From Fimbriosthenelais zetlandica (lineage: Eukaryota): a stretch of 64,000 bases of DNA. The DNA lies in assembly GCA_977030845.1 (NCBI GenBank), contig OZ365110.1, positions 19,096,001 to 19,160,000 of the forward strand, in the 5' to 3' direction. Below are positions 46,205 to 60,464 of this stretch, one piece after another; position 1 is the stretch's first letter; each line of letters opens with the position of its first letter. The position numbers were made by a program, and so were the translations under genes. A model generated the notes under the pieces. That model worked only from the letters and a program-made list of their open reading frames with translations, was not told where the DNA came from and made no database searches.

Positions 46205-48642
46205 CTAAACCCATATGTGGCAAATGAAGTTGGAATGGGACGATTGGTCAAAACATTTGTAAATCCAATCGGTCCAGCTCTAGTTTGTCTATGATTGCCA
46301 TGATTCAGAGTCAAGATGGGTGCAACTGTTGAAGGTCGGTTTAATCTATTCAATACATTCTGATCCAAACGTACAAAGCAACCAGATCTCTGTACAGTAC
46401 TCATTTTTGCTTCTTAAATGTGGTTGTCCACCTGTGATATTCGGCCGCATATAGATCTTTTATCCAATGTAAAAATCTTCAAAAATAGCCCAAGTGATCG
46501 AGATATTATATCAGATGTTATCCATATATATTTTCCGTGCATCTGTAAGTATTCCAATGTTTGTTCCGGCCTATACTATGTTCACACTATCCATGCACTA
46601 ACTTCCACAAGGATCTAGAGGTTTTGAGATTTGTTATAGGTTCTTGCAGTAACATTAATGACTTGTGTAATCTGATTAGCATACTGAGACTCGGACCTCA
46701 ATAGTCACCAAAACAAATAGAGTAAAATAGAGGGGTAATTCCCTCTGTAATACTATAAGAGGTAATTCATGCCGTCTGAAGTCCAGTATGTGCAAACCTT
46801 CACACGTAAATTGATCACCATATATACTTGTAATTTAGACATGTATAGGGGTCGTATGCTGGGACGGCCATGCGCAATCTGCATGAGCCAGGATAGAAAT
46901 CCACCCACCCACCCCGATAGTAACTCCCGATAAAAAGGTTTGATGAAGAATTCCCACAGGAAAGTCAGAATTGCCGGTATCTCAAGAAATTTGCTTTTCC
47001 CGGGAAGTTCAGAAGTATCTGATTGAAGTCAGATCGCCTCACCCGCTCCCCCAGCCCTAGGGAAGTGAGAATATTGTTGTTGTCCAAGAAACTTTTTTGT
47101 GGAATGGTGCCTTCATATTGGCCGCACTTTGTGCTCTAAAACCGAATTTGCATAATTTCATTACTTTTTAACCCATGCTACTCACAAAATAATGTGTGTC
47201 AGAGTCCAAGCCGTATGGCGTCCCTATAAACTATATAATTATACTACTCCTGGAACAAAATCTAGGGTTACCTGAATTCGGATCGCTATCCAAATGGAAT
47301 ATGCAAGAAACATAAATAGGGAAATTCTACCCGAGTCAACGGACATTGAGCCTAATTTAACTGCATGCATCTGCATGAAAGTCTGTTATATTGTGTTACC
47401 AAACTAATTTATTATTATTACACAATGGTGATTATTTGGCATATAGTAATCATACACGACTTAGTGTAAATTGCAAATTAATAGATTATATCAATTCACA
47501 AATAATTCTAAATTGATATAGTAGTATACGTGTTGAAGCGAATTTGAAGGTAACAGGTACAAATTATAATTTATATTATACAAATAGACCCTTTGTTGGT
47601 TAAGCGTGAGACCCGTCTATCGCGAAAATATATACTCGAGCCTGAAAGGCGAGAGTATATTTCGCGATAGACGGGGCGAACGCGAAACCAACAAAGGGTC
47701 TAATTGCTTTAGTCCCCGGCACACATTTAACCCCTTCACCTGTCATCGATACAGAACTTTTAATGCCATAAATCATGTTTTATTAACCATTTCCTTCACC
47801 TGTCTCCTAACATTGTCATACCTTCTTCACAAGCCTGTATGTACCCTGTGTGCTCATGTCCTAACTTTTCCACTCATGACCCACTTCAAGTCTTCCACAC
47901 ACCGAAGGACCCTCCTGCTTATGTAGGTCAAACAGACACTCTACCAGCCTAAGTCCTCTCTCCCACTGCCTCGTCCTGACATGACTCACCTCCTTATCTA
48001 GGTCAAACAGGGCCGATTTCATTGCTTCACGAGCGGTCATATATACTCTCATAATGACCACCTACTTACTGAAATATTGACCTCCCAGAGCCTCAGAGGG
48101 GACTAAAGGCCTATAGTGACAAGGGCAGGGGAGTCATGCGGAGGATTAATAAATTAATCCTCCTCAATCTCTATAAGGTGACTTATATACATAAGTGTAG
48201 ATAATCCCAAATGATCTGGTCAATATAAAAAGATAAATAGAAAATTGAAAAATAATCTTGGATCATACTGTGAATATAATTATTACACTCTTGCAACATG
48301 GTTGTGTACGTCATGAGAATGGATTTAATTGCCAGAACATTAATCTTTAGCCCTATATTACAAAATAATTGTTATCCTGCAAAATATAGTCTATACCCAC
48401 CTGTCATTATCAAAGCGACCCGCACTAAAAGGTGGTAAACTTAGGACAGTACTTGATCTTCTACTATTGTGATTAGAATCAGTCGTGTATGCACCCCCTG
48501 CATCCATCCTCCCTAAAAACCAACTTCTATCGGTAAGACTGCCCCCTCGTGAGGCAGAGAAGCTAGGACTTCTACGGCCATGAAGCAGATTGGAATAAAT
48601 CCCATTGTGAACAGGCAACCAATTATTATTAAGCGTTGTCAT
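46205..48642 (-). CDS. Tentative 5' exons of the 41423-45888 gene
   Basis: Open, donor-terminated segments at 48401-48642 (accATG, phase-2 donor), 47990-48052 (MRVYMTAREAMKSALFDLDKE/gtgagt), 47043-47135 (phase 0-0) and about 46205-46390 (phase-2 gttagt donor). More than one combination is phase-compatible and some acceptors are weak. Confidence 0.35.
47585..47702. mobile_element. 118-bp palindromic MITE
   Basis: Perfect 17-bp outer arms (TAGACCCTTTGTTGGTT), perfect 16-bp inner arms (CCCGTCTATCGCGAAA), central CCTGAAAGG. Confidence 0.8.
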
Positions 48643-51408
48643 GGTTCCAAACAAAGATACCAAGTAAAACTTCTCCAAGCGTTGTATGAGATCCCACGTA
48701 GAAAGTGCAATGCTTCGTTATACCTATACTGGCTTTTATGAATTATATCCACTACTTAATTCCCATCACTGTGTTAGAGACAGTCAACATGTGCACAGAG
48801 TATTTGAAGTCAAATCAACTGATTTTTATCAGGAACCAAATGTAGTGGTAATAGCAAATCATGAAGATAGCACTTTCATCCCATAGAGACCATTTCACTG
48901 GGGGAAAACTTTGTTTCATTCACCGTCTCGACTTTCAATGCAGGAGTGTATTTGATTCCAATAATAACACCAGAGAAAGTCTGGGATATTTAGGATCCTA
49001 CTATAAAATAAGATAAAAAAAATATCCATTTACGATCCCATCAAGTGGTTTGCCATTACAGTGGATCCTAGAAACGGTAGCTGAAAGTCCCATATATTTT
49101 TTAACTTGTGCATTTCTGATATACATGTACGTAGGCTTATACAGAAGATGGAATGAACCATGATGCTAAAACAGACCGACTGGCTCTAGGTTACGAAGTC
49201 GATCCCTATAGAGGGATCAGGCTGCATGGGATAATCCGAGCATCCGAGGGGGAACACTCCACAGTTTGGGGATTATCATAGGCGTTAATATTTACCTTGA
49301 ATAATCCACCATTGTATAATTATGTAATGCTATTATGAGTATCTTTATGGAAATGGTTATCTTTCAGAATATTTTGTTATTATAGTGCCCTGGCTTGAAC
49401 CTTTTCATAATAATTTGCCTGAGAAGAAGTCAGCTCAAAGGCTACGTATTGGTTTTTTTCAAAAAATATACTGGTAGCCTCTCGCAGACAATGATAGACC
49501 TACACCTATTCAATTCACCAAGTGAGAAAACTTAGACAAAGAACATACTTTCTGATAGACCTTAGTCAACAACTGAAATCACACCTGACGATTCTTATCG
49601 CCAACAGGTGCCATACATCATGAGTGTTATGAAGTATTTATGAGGTTTCATGCTTAGCAACTCCCACTTAAAGGTTAGTACAATCAACTTTCATGGAAGG
49701 TGTCATGCAGTTTCCAATGGGGACCTCCTCCATAAAATTATACCGCTATACCATGATCCTAGGATGAAATAGTTAACTGATCCAACAGAGAATTCCTTTT
49801 AAAAAAGAAGTGGTGTGTGTGGAATGAGTCGTTGACTGATCAATTTATGTAATGACACACCCTTGTAGGCTACCCAGAACATCTGTGTCAATCTGAAATC
49901 TGTCAACGTAAGTATGTGAATTACATATTGTGAGGGCACTTGGTGTTTGGCCATCCGTATGGCCAGATGCAACCCTCGTTTAGTTTTGTGTTCGTATAAA
50001 ATGAGCACTAATAATTCTAACATCAGTTTATTTTGTATGGATATAACATGCTGATGCCCATGGGATATTACCAATACTTTAATGATACAATACTATGGTT
50101 TAGTTATCCAAATCACATTTTTTTCTTCAAGCTTAAACAGGTTCCATTCATAAAAGAGAGCACTTGAATATATTGCCCACAATAAAGTGCCTTTCAAAGA
50201 GATGACTCCTGATCCAACAACCAAACACCTGTGGCTCCATCAGGTGCCATACCTGTAGACTACCTAGGCTAGCCTTATGCATGGTTTACACTATCATGTT
50301 CAATGTTCAATCACTATCAACTTGGGGAACTTGATGAAGGTGAGGGAACTTGAAGGAACTTATATTAAGGTAACCTTAGGGAACGTCATGGCATCCATGG
50401 TAAACCTTGGTAGACCCCACCTAAACTTAATGGACATTGAATCATCGGAACTCAGGAGTCTGATTTTTGCCGTTATATACCGTCACACAACCTAACAAAG
50501 CTTGTTCAGAATTGGATATTAAACAAAAATCCCAAGTTCCAGTACGTTTAAGACAAACTTGGAGAACGTGGAGATATGAACCTGGTGTAAACTAGGCATT
50601 ATATACAACTCAAGTCATATAGATTAGGGAAAATACTGTGTACTTTTGCACTTGACAAAATATTGGTGGGTACGGTGCCCATACTAGATGTGAAAAACAT
50701 AACTTATAGAAAGTTTATCTTCAGTTCTTCAAAGCTTCACAGAACTATTTGAATAACAAAATGAAAAGAAAGTCAATTAATTATCTATTCAAACTTTATT
50801 TCCTTTCTTCAAATCATATGCATAGAATAATTATATCTCAGAGGAAACAACGAACAAGAACAAAGTGTTTTGATAGGTTTATATCAAATAACACCTATAG
50901 ACTTTATCAAAGAGAATTTGTGTCTAAAAAATGAGGAACTAAACAGTAGGAAGTTTTGCACTATGTAACTATTTGTATACTCGCCAGTCCGATGTAATTC
51001 CGGAGCTAGGTCTAACTAATATAAAAATATTAAAACATAGAATATTTAACATTTGAAAACAAAGTAATGCGCATACAAAGAGGATACACTCAAAAGAGCG
51101 GTACAGAACAAATGGCAGTGTTTGAGCATTCTGTAACGTAGATAGCCTAGATATGTTTGACCAAATTAAGGTAACACTTGGTAAACTAACTGAGTACCTG
51201 CTCGGCCGGCCTAGAGATGTCACCACAAGCTAGCTCCGAGCTGAACCCATAGTATAGGCTATTAGAGCACCATTATTAATGTCACATTTTCTAAAAGTTA
51301 GCTATACATAATTTTTAAATATATTAGGACAAAATATTAAAACATTGGACAGAAGAGCTATAATATTCTAGGATTTTATCACAACTCTATAAATACATTC
51401 TACATTGT

Positions 51409-54400
51409 TTAAATTCCATTGCTGGAACGGTAGCCATGGACCTTCCTCCTCTTCTTCTTGGCATAGGCAACTGCAAAAAAGCACAATAATTGAAGTCTTA
51501 CTTCATTAGCATACATTTTAAACGCATTTGTTCTCGGCTCCAAAGGTACCAATACCAAATGTGTTACCGGTACTTGTTTTGAGAGTATTTAAAGTGGGTC
51601 TAGGAGTTTCTATGAGTCGTAAAAAATAGTGGCATGCCACTATTTTATTTACGACTCTTCGCCCCCAAATGCTTATAGCGCACATCGAGCGGTTGCCCAG
51701 CTGAGGCTCCAGTAACATATGATAGAGGTTTTAAATTAGCCCACTAGGCCTATAAGAACATGACACATAGACCTACCAAAAATACTGGACGACCTACTAT
51801 TGCAAAGGGAATTTTTCAGATAAAGTGTCCAAAAGTGTCACCCATACCTTCATCCTCTATGACATTCACACGAGCAGAAGCCTGGACAACACCCTGTTCG
51901 TTCTGAGCAATACAAGTATAGTCTCCTTCGTGTTTCTTCTCCATCTCCATAATCTGAAGCCAGCCAGTAATCTGGTTCCGTTCTGGCCCACCACGCATGT
52001 TCACTGATACCTTCAGATCGTCACCTAAACAAAAATCGGAAAATGTATAAAAATAAATTATAATATTGCTTATAATGACCTGAGCAAAATTCTTTAGATC
52101 AAAGAAATTTCAAGGGTATTTCTGAAATAAGATCCGAACTATTTTTAATTTATTCTAAATTATTTGGGTTATAAAAAATCCAAAAAAAAATCATGTAAAT
52201 GACCATTCAGAACATAGTAATAGTCAGGTATAGTTTTAAATTCTTTCGTAAAGGATTGGTTAAGTTATACAAAATGTATACAAAACTCACTGGGCAGGAA
52301 GATGGTTTTTCCATCTACCCTGGTCCATGTCCATTCTACTGTAGGGATGGGGAAACCTTCAGCTTCACAGATGAGGGCAACATTGGCTCCTTCCTTATCT
52401 TTGGAATTCTCAGGCTTGCTAACCATAGTAGGGGCTGCACATGAAAATAAGAAATCATTGAATTAATAACTAGTTATGCATGAAAGCACTTCCAATTCAC
52501 ATAATGATTGGACCAAGAACGATATTCTTACAAGATAATAAATATATATACTGAATTTGTGTTGGTGACAGATCATGGTAGTCCATGACTTTTTTTCACC
52601 AATGATATGAACAACATCCCTCAGAGTTCCCTTTAAAGTTAACATCCAACCATGAATCTACCCCCGTTGGATAAACGTTCAGAAAATAGTAGAGGAGGAA
52701 AATAAGAATTATACATAAAACATCTCTATTCAACCACAAATAAGACCACATGCCTGTCAACATATCAACAGAATAACAATCGGTGTGTTCTTCCTATATT
52801 TTTTTCCATGTGTCATGATTTATTCCTACTGTAAGCTGGAAAACGTGACTGATGCACTTCCTCTGTGATGGCAGAGTTGGCCCATTATGTGGTATCACGA
52901 TTCATCATAGAGCTTATAGAGCCACAAAATTCTATACACACCCACTTAGAATTACAGGATTCCCCTTATTCTACCCTTCTTTAAGTCAATTTAAACTAAA
53001 AGAAATATCCCCAAGGCATATCATTTATCATTTATTTTTAAGGAATAAGACTCTCTTTAAGTAAGTTAAAATGAATGGGGTACTAGAACTGCTACTGTAT
53101 ATACTGAGAAGTGATGAAATGCTCAGACACTGGCTAGTCTGGGTTTACATTAGGTGGAGTACTATCTCCGAGTGGTCCTGAATCTCAGATGCTGGTGCCA
53201 GGCCTCGACCCCACAGGGCCGAGATATAACCTAGAATTTAAAAGCACCACATATATAATGTGTCTCCCCCACGGTGTTCTGTCTTGTTTCATCTAAAGGA
53301 CTGAAAAGGTCGAAAGGGCGAAGGAATTCATTTGAAAAGGCAATATATAACCAATGTTTGAACTTCCCGCGAGAATCTTTTCTAGTTGAATACTTTGAAA
53401 CTTGTAAGGACTTAGTCCGATGTTTCGGAATTGGAGTAGTCAGGGGTACCGTATTCAAGTCTTTTATACTTTATTAGATTGAGTGCTTCACATTTATGGC
53501 AATACTTATATAAAAACCTTCCAATATTCTTGTACTGAACTTGTGCCAAATCCAAAGTAAAGGTTATTTAACCTTGCTTAAATGTTATTTCAGCATGTCG
53601 AACTAAGACAGATAATGGATTCCAGTGTCAATATTTCAAGGTAACTTTAAGCAGTAAGTTTAGAAGCTAGACTATAATACCAGTGCAAGATAAGAGATAA
53701 GGGACAATAAAAGCTTTGGTGGAGTGGGGTATAAAAGTAGTAGAGTAGGATATTGGTTTTAATGGATTAGGGTTACACATGCACTAATTCTAAAGATATA
53801 AAGGAGATAAGGCTTCTCCTGATGCCATGGTGGACAGCGACGGCCTATCTTTGGCACGCCTACAATTATCAGAAATAACTAGACAAAATCTTTTAATAAA
53901 TTCTGAGTGAATTCAATGCTCATAGATAATTAATACCAAAATGTTGACATATAGCATTTGGAATAACATGGAAAAGAAGGAAGGGTGGTTGAAAAGTCCC
54001 ATCAATACTAAGCAATGGTTTTTCTTAGTCAAGGAAAAGGATGTTGGCCGCATCCGTTGTTTATAAACATCGCTGGGCTAACATTTCAGAAAACAACATT
54101 AAGAGTGTAAATTCTCACCTTGTTTACAGACTCCCTTGCTTTTAACAGTAATCTTCTCGTTCTTGACCACAGAAGCAGCAGCTAGTTGACAAAGGTTCTC
54201 GTAGGTCGCCCCATCTGACCCACACATCACCTCAGACATGGTACAGTAACATATCGCTTCCACAGCATCATCTTCATCCAAATCTTCGCGGACCAAACAT
54301 TCCAGGTTGTCTCCACATTTGCCCAGGTACTCATTGGTGCGAACCTCTGGGTGGTCACATTTCTCAAACTCCTGTTTGGCGCACACATTGCAGCATCCAC

Positions 54401-54557
54401 ATTTGTCCTTCACAATTCCAGCAGGACAGCTATTTGGGTTGGGGCATTCTTCATAATAGCAGGGGCCACAGTCTTGGGTATTGCGATAAGGGGGTCGAGC
54501 CTGGGCCGATACCATGGCTAACACCCCCGCCAGAACACCTACCAAAAGTAGCTTCAT
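51409..54557 (-). CDS. IGFBP7: IGFBP-related protein (IGFBP N-domain + Kazal + Ig), IGFBP7/KAZALD1/IGFBPL1 family, 273 aa
   Basis: Exons 54119-54557, 52291-52434, 51848-52024, 51409-51470 (all phase 1). Signal peptide; CPAGIVKDKCGCCNVCA; Kazal MCGSDGATYENLC; Ig LICEAEGFPIPTVEW ... RGGPERNQITGWLQI ... EGDYTCIAQN. Symbol is family-level. Confidence 0.93.
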
Positions 54558-54764
54558 TTTCTCCACGTCAAACCTGACTTAAATCCACACGAGATTTCCT
54601 CCAGTGAATGCTCACCTATACCAGATAAATCGACTAATTATCCCCAGTAGGGATAAGGTGGTACTATCAGGGAGATTTCACGTTAAGAAACAGTATTTCT
54701 CCGGGGGTTTCACCAATAACTGTCCGCCATAAGCATCGACGTGGCAACCCAGTTAGCACAGACG

Positions 54765-54902
54765 CTGGAGGAGAGGCAGGAGGAGGAGGTTGTGGAGGAA
54801 GGGAGTTTGAAGGAGAGGGGGGAAGCTGAGAGGTGGGAGGAGTGGTGGTGGGGTGCTATGGGTGGTGCCTGGTGGTGGCGGTGGTGGTGGTCGTTTGTGG
54901 GG
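54765..54902. repeat. Purine/G-rich low-complexity tract (GGA/GGT)n upstream of the IGFBP7-like gene
   Basis: Direct reading: GGAGGAGGAGG..., GGTGGTGGCGGTGGTGGTGG. Confidence 0.8.
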
Positions 54903-57114
54903 GTGTATACAAGTGTTGGCTAGATCGTTGCTGAGGCTAGTCCAGATGAAAATGTGGCGTGGCATGCCCCAGACAGGGATGCATGGGGATTTGGTAGGCT
55001 GCTGGATGGATTATCTAGACTTGTTTGTTTGTTTAACTCATAATAATGATAAACAGGACCAAATAAAGCTTAAGATAACCATCCCCAGTTCTTATGTAAT
55101 AAGGGGGCAATGTGCAAAATATTCATAATAAAAAGTAAAGATGGTGGTTCGGCAATGGATTTTCATACTATTCATTCATTTCGAAGGTTTTCTTTCTTTA
55201 CCAGAAAATTAATAGGCCTGATAAAGGTCTACTTGCAGTATAAATGCATAGAGCTATAACCTCATAGCTCAAAACCTAACTCATCAAATAAATAATTGTC
55301 TAGTCATCTTTATCAAACAAGTGAAATTCTCTTGGCCTAGCACTATGTTGAGCTAAGCATGTACAAGCCATATGCCCCTGTAAAAAGGAGCAGCACGAGC
55401 AGCTCTCGCTTCTGCTCACGCTGAGGTGAATGGAGATGGTAGGCACTTCATCTATCTACGTCACTTCCTGCTGGGCTGAGCATGCGTGCAGGTTTCAATA
55501 TCATAGGACCGTTTATAATTATAGGCCTACAGCTTGTCATTGTCATTTGTGTATAATAATTCTGTCAATTGGGCAATAATGTCAATTATAGAAAACTATA
55601 AACATACCGTTCAATCTTTTTGCGCGTGCGAGAGATGTACCTCTGATTGGCGACGAGAGATGTCGTAGAACTGCTACCTGCCGGGCCAAGTGATGGCAGT
55701 TTCATCTTGTTGTCATTTAGATCCTCTGTAACTTTTAGTCAATGTTCAGATTTTGCCGGCAAGGAAATGTTTGTGTAGGACAGAAATTAAAGTCAGTCTT
55801 TCCTCTGGCAGGCTAAAATACACACAGTGAGAGTAGTCCAAGAAATGAAGTAATATTCCATAATTATGACGATTGCGCACAATATCCTTGACAAGTTTTG
55901 ATTAATTTTAAATGCTGGAAATATACATTCCCTATTTGACTATGACCCATATCGTAATTACATGTAAGTCCAAGTCACCGGTCAGAACATTATGTGTTGG
56001 TATGGAAAGCCTGGACGTATTGAACTCCTGTAGAGTTACCATTGTGTAGCCCCAGCCTTAATAGGGGTGATTATAACTCGGATTTGTTTGTCAACAGGTT
56101 CAAATCTGTTAATCTCAGCACGAGTAGATTCTCAGTAATGAAGGTAAAACATTGACTTATGAGTATTCCGAACTTGTTTTTCTGTCATATATGAAAGTTC
56201 AGATGGTTGTTGCAAATGCAGGAGGTGATTGAGACAGTTCCACAAAGCTGGGGCTATTTATGGAATATATGAAAATATCACAACTGTGTATGCAGGCCTA
56301 TATGCGACTCCAGGGGTCACGTAGGCCCACGCATGGGTCTCATTAACTTTTAAAAGCGGATATATGTTAGGTGTTGATCCATCCAAAGGCAATTCTTGGC
56401 ATTCTGGATTAGGGTACGTGATACGGCCAAAATAAAATTCACGCAGTTTCTCCTTCTCTCTTTCCCTCTAGACCGCTCTCTCCCTCTCTCCGGCCCTTGC
56501 ACTCTCTTAGATTAATTGCTCTATATTACTATTTTCTCCCTCGCCCCATTTCTTTCTCCTCCCCATAAGCTTAGCCTATAAGTAAATGGGGCCGTAGGCT
56601 GTTTCGTATTTGCATTCACACGTTACATGTTTTGCCATTGTTAAGTCTGGAGCTTTCAAGAGCGATAATCTTGAGCGGGAAAGCTAATGCTGCAAGCTCA
56701 GCAAGCTGTGGGTATGTAGAGCCCCAATGTCGAAACAAGAATTATTATAGGCTAATGGGGAGTGAATGAAGGGTTTGGATGGAATGATACATACTTCTCA
56801 AAGAGTAATTCACTATTGTCGTGCAGACTAGCAATTCTTACGTCGTCCATGTGACGTCACTCTTGCAGGATAGTTACAGAATAAAGCAATCGCTATTCAT
56901 GATCCGATTCCAAATTTATTAATTAATTTATACAAGAATAAAAATAGTGCAATGGATTTCAAGAAATGATTGGATTCTGTCAGGAGATATTAGGACTTGA
57001 TGTTTGTGAATTTATATATACATACAGATATTTAAACTATACGTAAGTGTAGGAGCATAGTTACATCGTAATGGTTAGTTCTTTCAATCTTATTTTAGTA
57101 CTCACTCTCTTATT

Positions 57115-60100
57115 TTAGTACTCATAAAGGGGGGCACTGTCTTCCCCACTCTCCAGCTGTTCTGTCTTACTGCTGGCTGCAGACAGAGTCTGACTCTGAT
57201 TCTCTGACTCTCTATTATTATTCTGCTGAATGCGCTCTCTGATCTCTTCAAGTGTTAGAGGTTGTGCTTCATCTAAGCCATCGTCATCATCGTCATCCCA
57301 CCTGATATAGAAATAAATATGTCACACAAGTCACAGAACAATGCATTCATTGCGCAGATTAATAAGGATTATAAATACTAGGCCTAATAGTAGAAAGTAT
57401 TACTTTATGTCTGGACAGTATTCAATAAATCCAAGTGGCGTTTTGGGTGGCTGAAGGGGAGTAACATTTCGTCCCTCGGTTTTTCCAGCCTAAGGAAAAA
57501 ACAGATATTTAGTTTAATGTAATTATATGGCCAATAATTGTGTGTATTTCGTATATTGATTTTCATTGAATATAAAAAGCATGCATGAAATACCTTCCTA
57601 GCCAGGTAGTGAGAGGCTGAGACGAGTTTGTCAATCTTTATTTCAAGCTCCTTCAGATAGAGATGTACATTTTTCGGTGTCACATGACTTGACGACTTAG
57701 TCGCGAAGAGCTCCAACAGTGGATCATTGGCCTTAGACACTCTAACAAAAGATAAAATATAAAAGTCATCAAGGTTATTTCGTTATTTAAATATAAAACT
57801 TCATAAAGTGCTTTCTCAGTTAATTGGCCGTGCATGTGGACATGTCCTCCTTCCTGTATAGGAAATGGATATGACTAGAGGTGGGAAGTTCACCTTTGAT
57901 AGAGATCCTCTACTCTTGCCAATACAGTTATCATTCTTTCCTCAGTTGTTACAGCTTGAGTCTCCAGCTCATCATTCAATACCTGAAATTAAATGAACAA
58001 GAAATGATGAATGAAGAGAAGAAGTACAAAGTCTTGAATAATGCATTATAATTGAATTATTTATCCTGAAATATATTTCTTTCGGAAAAAATAAAATATT
58101 TATCAAGATATCTATATATTTATATATAGAAATGCAGATCTCATTGCTAAACAAACCATCATATGCACGTGTCGTTCCTCTACTTCTTTCAGCTGCTGCC
58201 CATGTTGGATATCCTTCTTTTCGGATATTAGTTTTAAGGTAGCGTTCTTCTCCTTCATGTGCATCACCTGAAATGGTTTGAAACAATGAGGCTTTTGGAG
58301 GAATCCCAAGGGATAAATGTAGCACCGAATGATTTTATTGATAATTTGGTGTGTTCTTTTAGATGTGATTCTGTTGGAATCATCTCCCACTACGGTACTG
58401 AATCTAATGAATTTAACTACATTTACCTTGTTCTCAAGGATCCCACACTGGCTTTCAAGTTCTGCCACATAGGTGAATTCACTGTAGAGTGTAGCATCCA
58501 TGTTTAAGAACTTGTCTACCATGACTTGCACATTCTCCTCCCCAGAGATGACCTTAATACGTTCATAGGCCTCTTCATACTCCCTCAATCTAGCCTTGGC
58601 TGACTCCAATCTCTTCTGTTGTACTAAGGATAATGAAAAGAAATATTGCGGTTAAAAGATAGCCGACATTCTGGGAATGTCCATATCCAGGTTTCAGGCA
58701 GATATCTTTGTTCTGGAAGATATAGTGCCCTGGGAATTGCGTATTTAAATAATTTTATAGGCCTACCTATTTCTCTCCGCCTATCCTCAGCCTGGCTCCT
58801 CATTTCATCGATATTCTCGTTTTTCTGGTTTACGAATGTTCTGAAGTTGGTGACATGTGTGATGATTCTCTCCAGGTCCTGAATCTCCAGCTCATGCTGG
58901 CGCTGCTCCTCCTCATTCCTCCCAGCCAAATGTCTCCTCCTGGTACTGGCCTCTTCCCTATTTGGTATAAGATGAGTTATCTTTCATACTTTTATTTTGA
59001 TAAGCATATTATCTACATTATTGAAGAATGTCCTCTTAAACCCAGAGCCCCAGCGTATGGGGGTTGGGCAAGTATGTGGGCCTGTTGATCGAAGCTAGGT
59101 TTTATTGATTGATTATTTTGGATAATTCAAATTTCACAACCCACTGGATAATACTTATATGTATAAATTTGTACTTATGCAATGTCCCAGACTGGAGTGT
59201 CTATACAGGAAACAGACAGACCCCAGAAAATTACCTTTGTTTGTGGATATCAGTGATGGCATCCATGAGCTGGTCCCTCTCCTTCTTGGTTTTACTGTAT
59301 TCTTCACTCAGCTTGCTGTGCATGCCGTTGAACATGGCATAGTCCTTCCTCAGCTTCTCTATTTCATCCCTTAGTTTGCTATTGGTCTTAAGCTTGTTTG
59401 AAAAGTCGGTATTAGCCTGAAAGAAAAGAAATGTAATCATGGAAATTTAAGAACGTGTATAAGAAGTCATATACATGTATGCGTCGTTCAAGAAGTCGTT
59501 CAAATTTATACAAAACATGTATTCTTTGGTGCATTGGTACTTTTGGTATAATGTTGCTATACACTCGCCTATATAGAAGTAGGCCTTCCACCCCTTGGCC
59601 TATACTAACCTTTCCTAGACGTCCTTCCATGGCTTTTGCGGATATCTTTCCACTGTTCACACGGCTTCGTCCACTGTGAGCAGAGGCAGCCCTTTGTTGC
59701 CTGATCTTCTTTTCCATCTGTTTTATCTAAAACAGGAGTATTTATGTATTTAATTACAACGTTTATGAATAATAATGCTCGTGCACGGCATAAATCTTTC
59801 CTTCAGTTCAATGCTTAATGTGTCCAGTTTGACACCATGGGCCCAGATGAGTGTAATAGATCATATTCCACAATGCGATATGATCGCCTCTATTAATCCA
59901 TCCCGTGAATTAAATCGCGTAAAATATCGGACATAATAAATAGACACTTACCTCTATAGATATTTCTTCCTGTTTCAATTTTTCCTGCTCTATCTCCAAC
60001 TCTACCCTCTCTCCCTCCTCCGCTGTAGCCTGCAGCTTTTCTACGGCCTGTTCATCCTGGCGGGAATGATTCCCAGACGTAGAATTCTCTAAATCTGTCT

Positions 60101-60464
60101 TAAGGTCCTCGTTTACATTCTCTAAATGTTTTATTTCTTTCCTGCATAAAGAAATGACTCAAATTGTTGTTATAAACTCACGAGTAAAACACCCTATAGT
60201 ATTTTACTCTCGTTTTTCTGTATGATTGAAAAATACTTAGTAATCCCATGTAGAGAGCTCTGCATGGCCTATTATCTATATATTGCAAATTGTATGCATT
60301 TCAAGATTAACTTACGAGTCCTTGAGTAGCTTCTTTCTGCTCTCCTCTTTGTAAGTGAAGACCTGTTTCTCTTTCATCCATAGCTCACTCTGTAGTTCCT
60401 GTAATTCCTTCTCCAGTTGTATCCTTTCATATTGTTCATCCCCCATACTGTCTCCAACCGACAT
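57115..60464 (-). CDS. ODAD1: Outer dynein arm docking complex subunit, ODAD1(CCDC114)/CCDC63-like, 548 aa
   Basis: Eleven exons: 60316-60464, 59952-60141, 59610-59726, 59235-59416, 58767-58957, 58427-58623, 58157-58267, 57894-57982, 57594-57741, 57404-57489, 57115-57301; all GT-AG, phases consistent. Family-like segments NSKLRDEIEKLR, ELEIQDLERII, YEEAYERIKVISG...MVDKFL...FTYVAEL, VTPKNVHLYLKELE and acidic tract plus QPLTLEEIR. Recognised from memory of the family. Confidence 0.82.

Noticed and set aside
46420-46700. Possible CR1/L2 LINE C-terminal fragment on the minus strand
   Set aside because: Only vague similarity (ANQI...RTY...YRP..LEY) with several stops; not enough to call.
49165-49290. 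tRNA or tRNA-derived SINE
   Set aside because: A-box- and B-box-like words are too close together; no cloverleaf.
54741-55128. Pro-rich and Gly/Trp-rich ORFs
   Set aside because: Products of the (GGA/GGT)n low-complexity tract.
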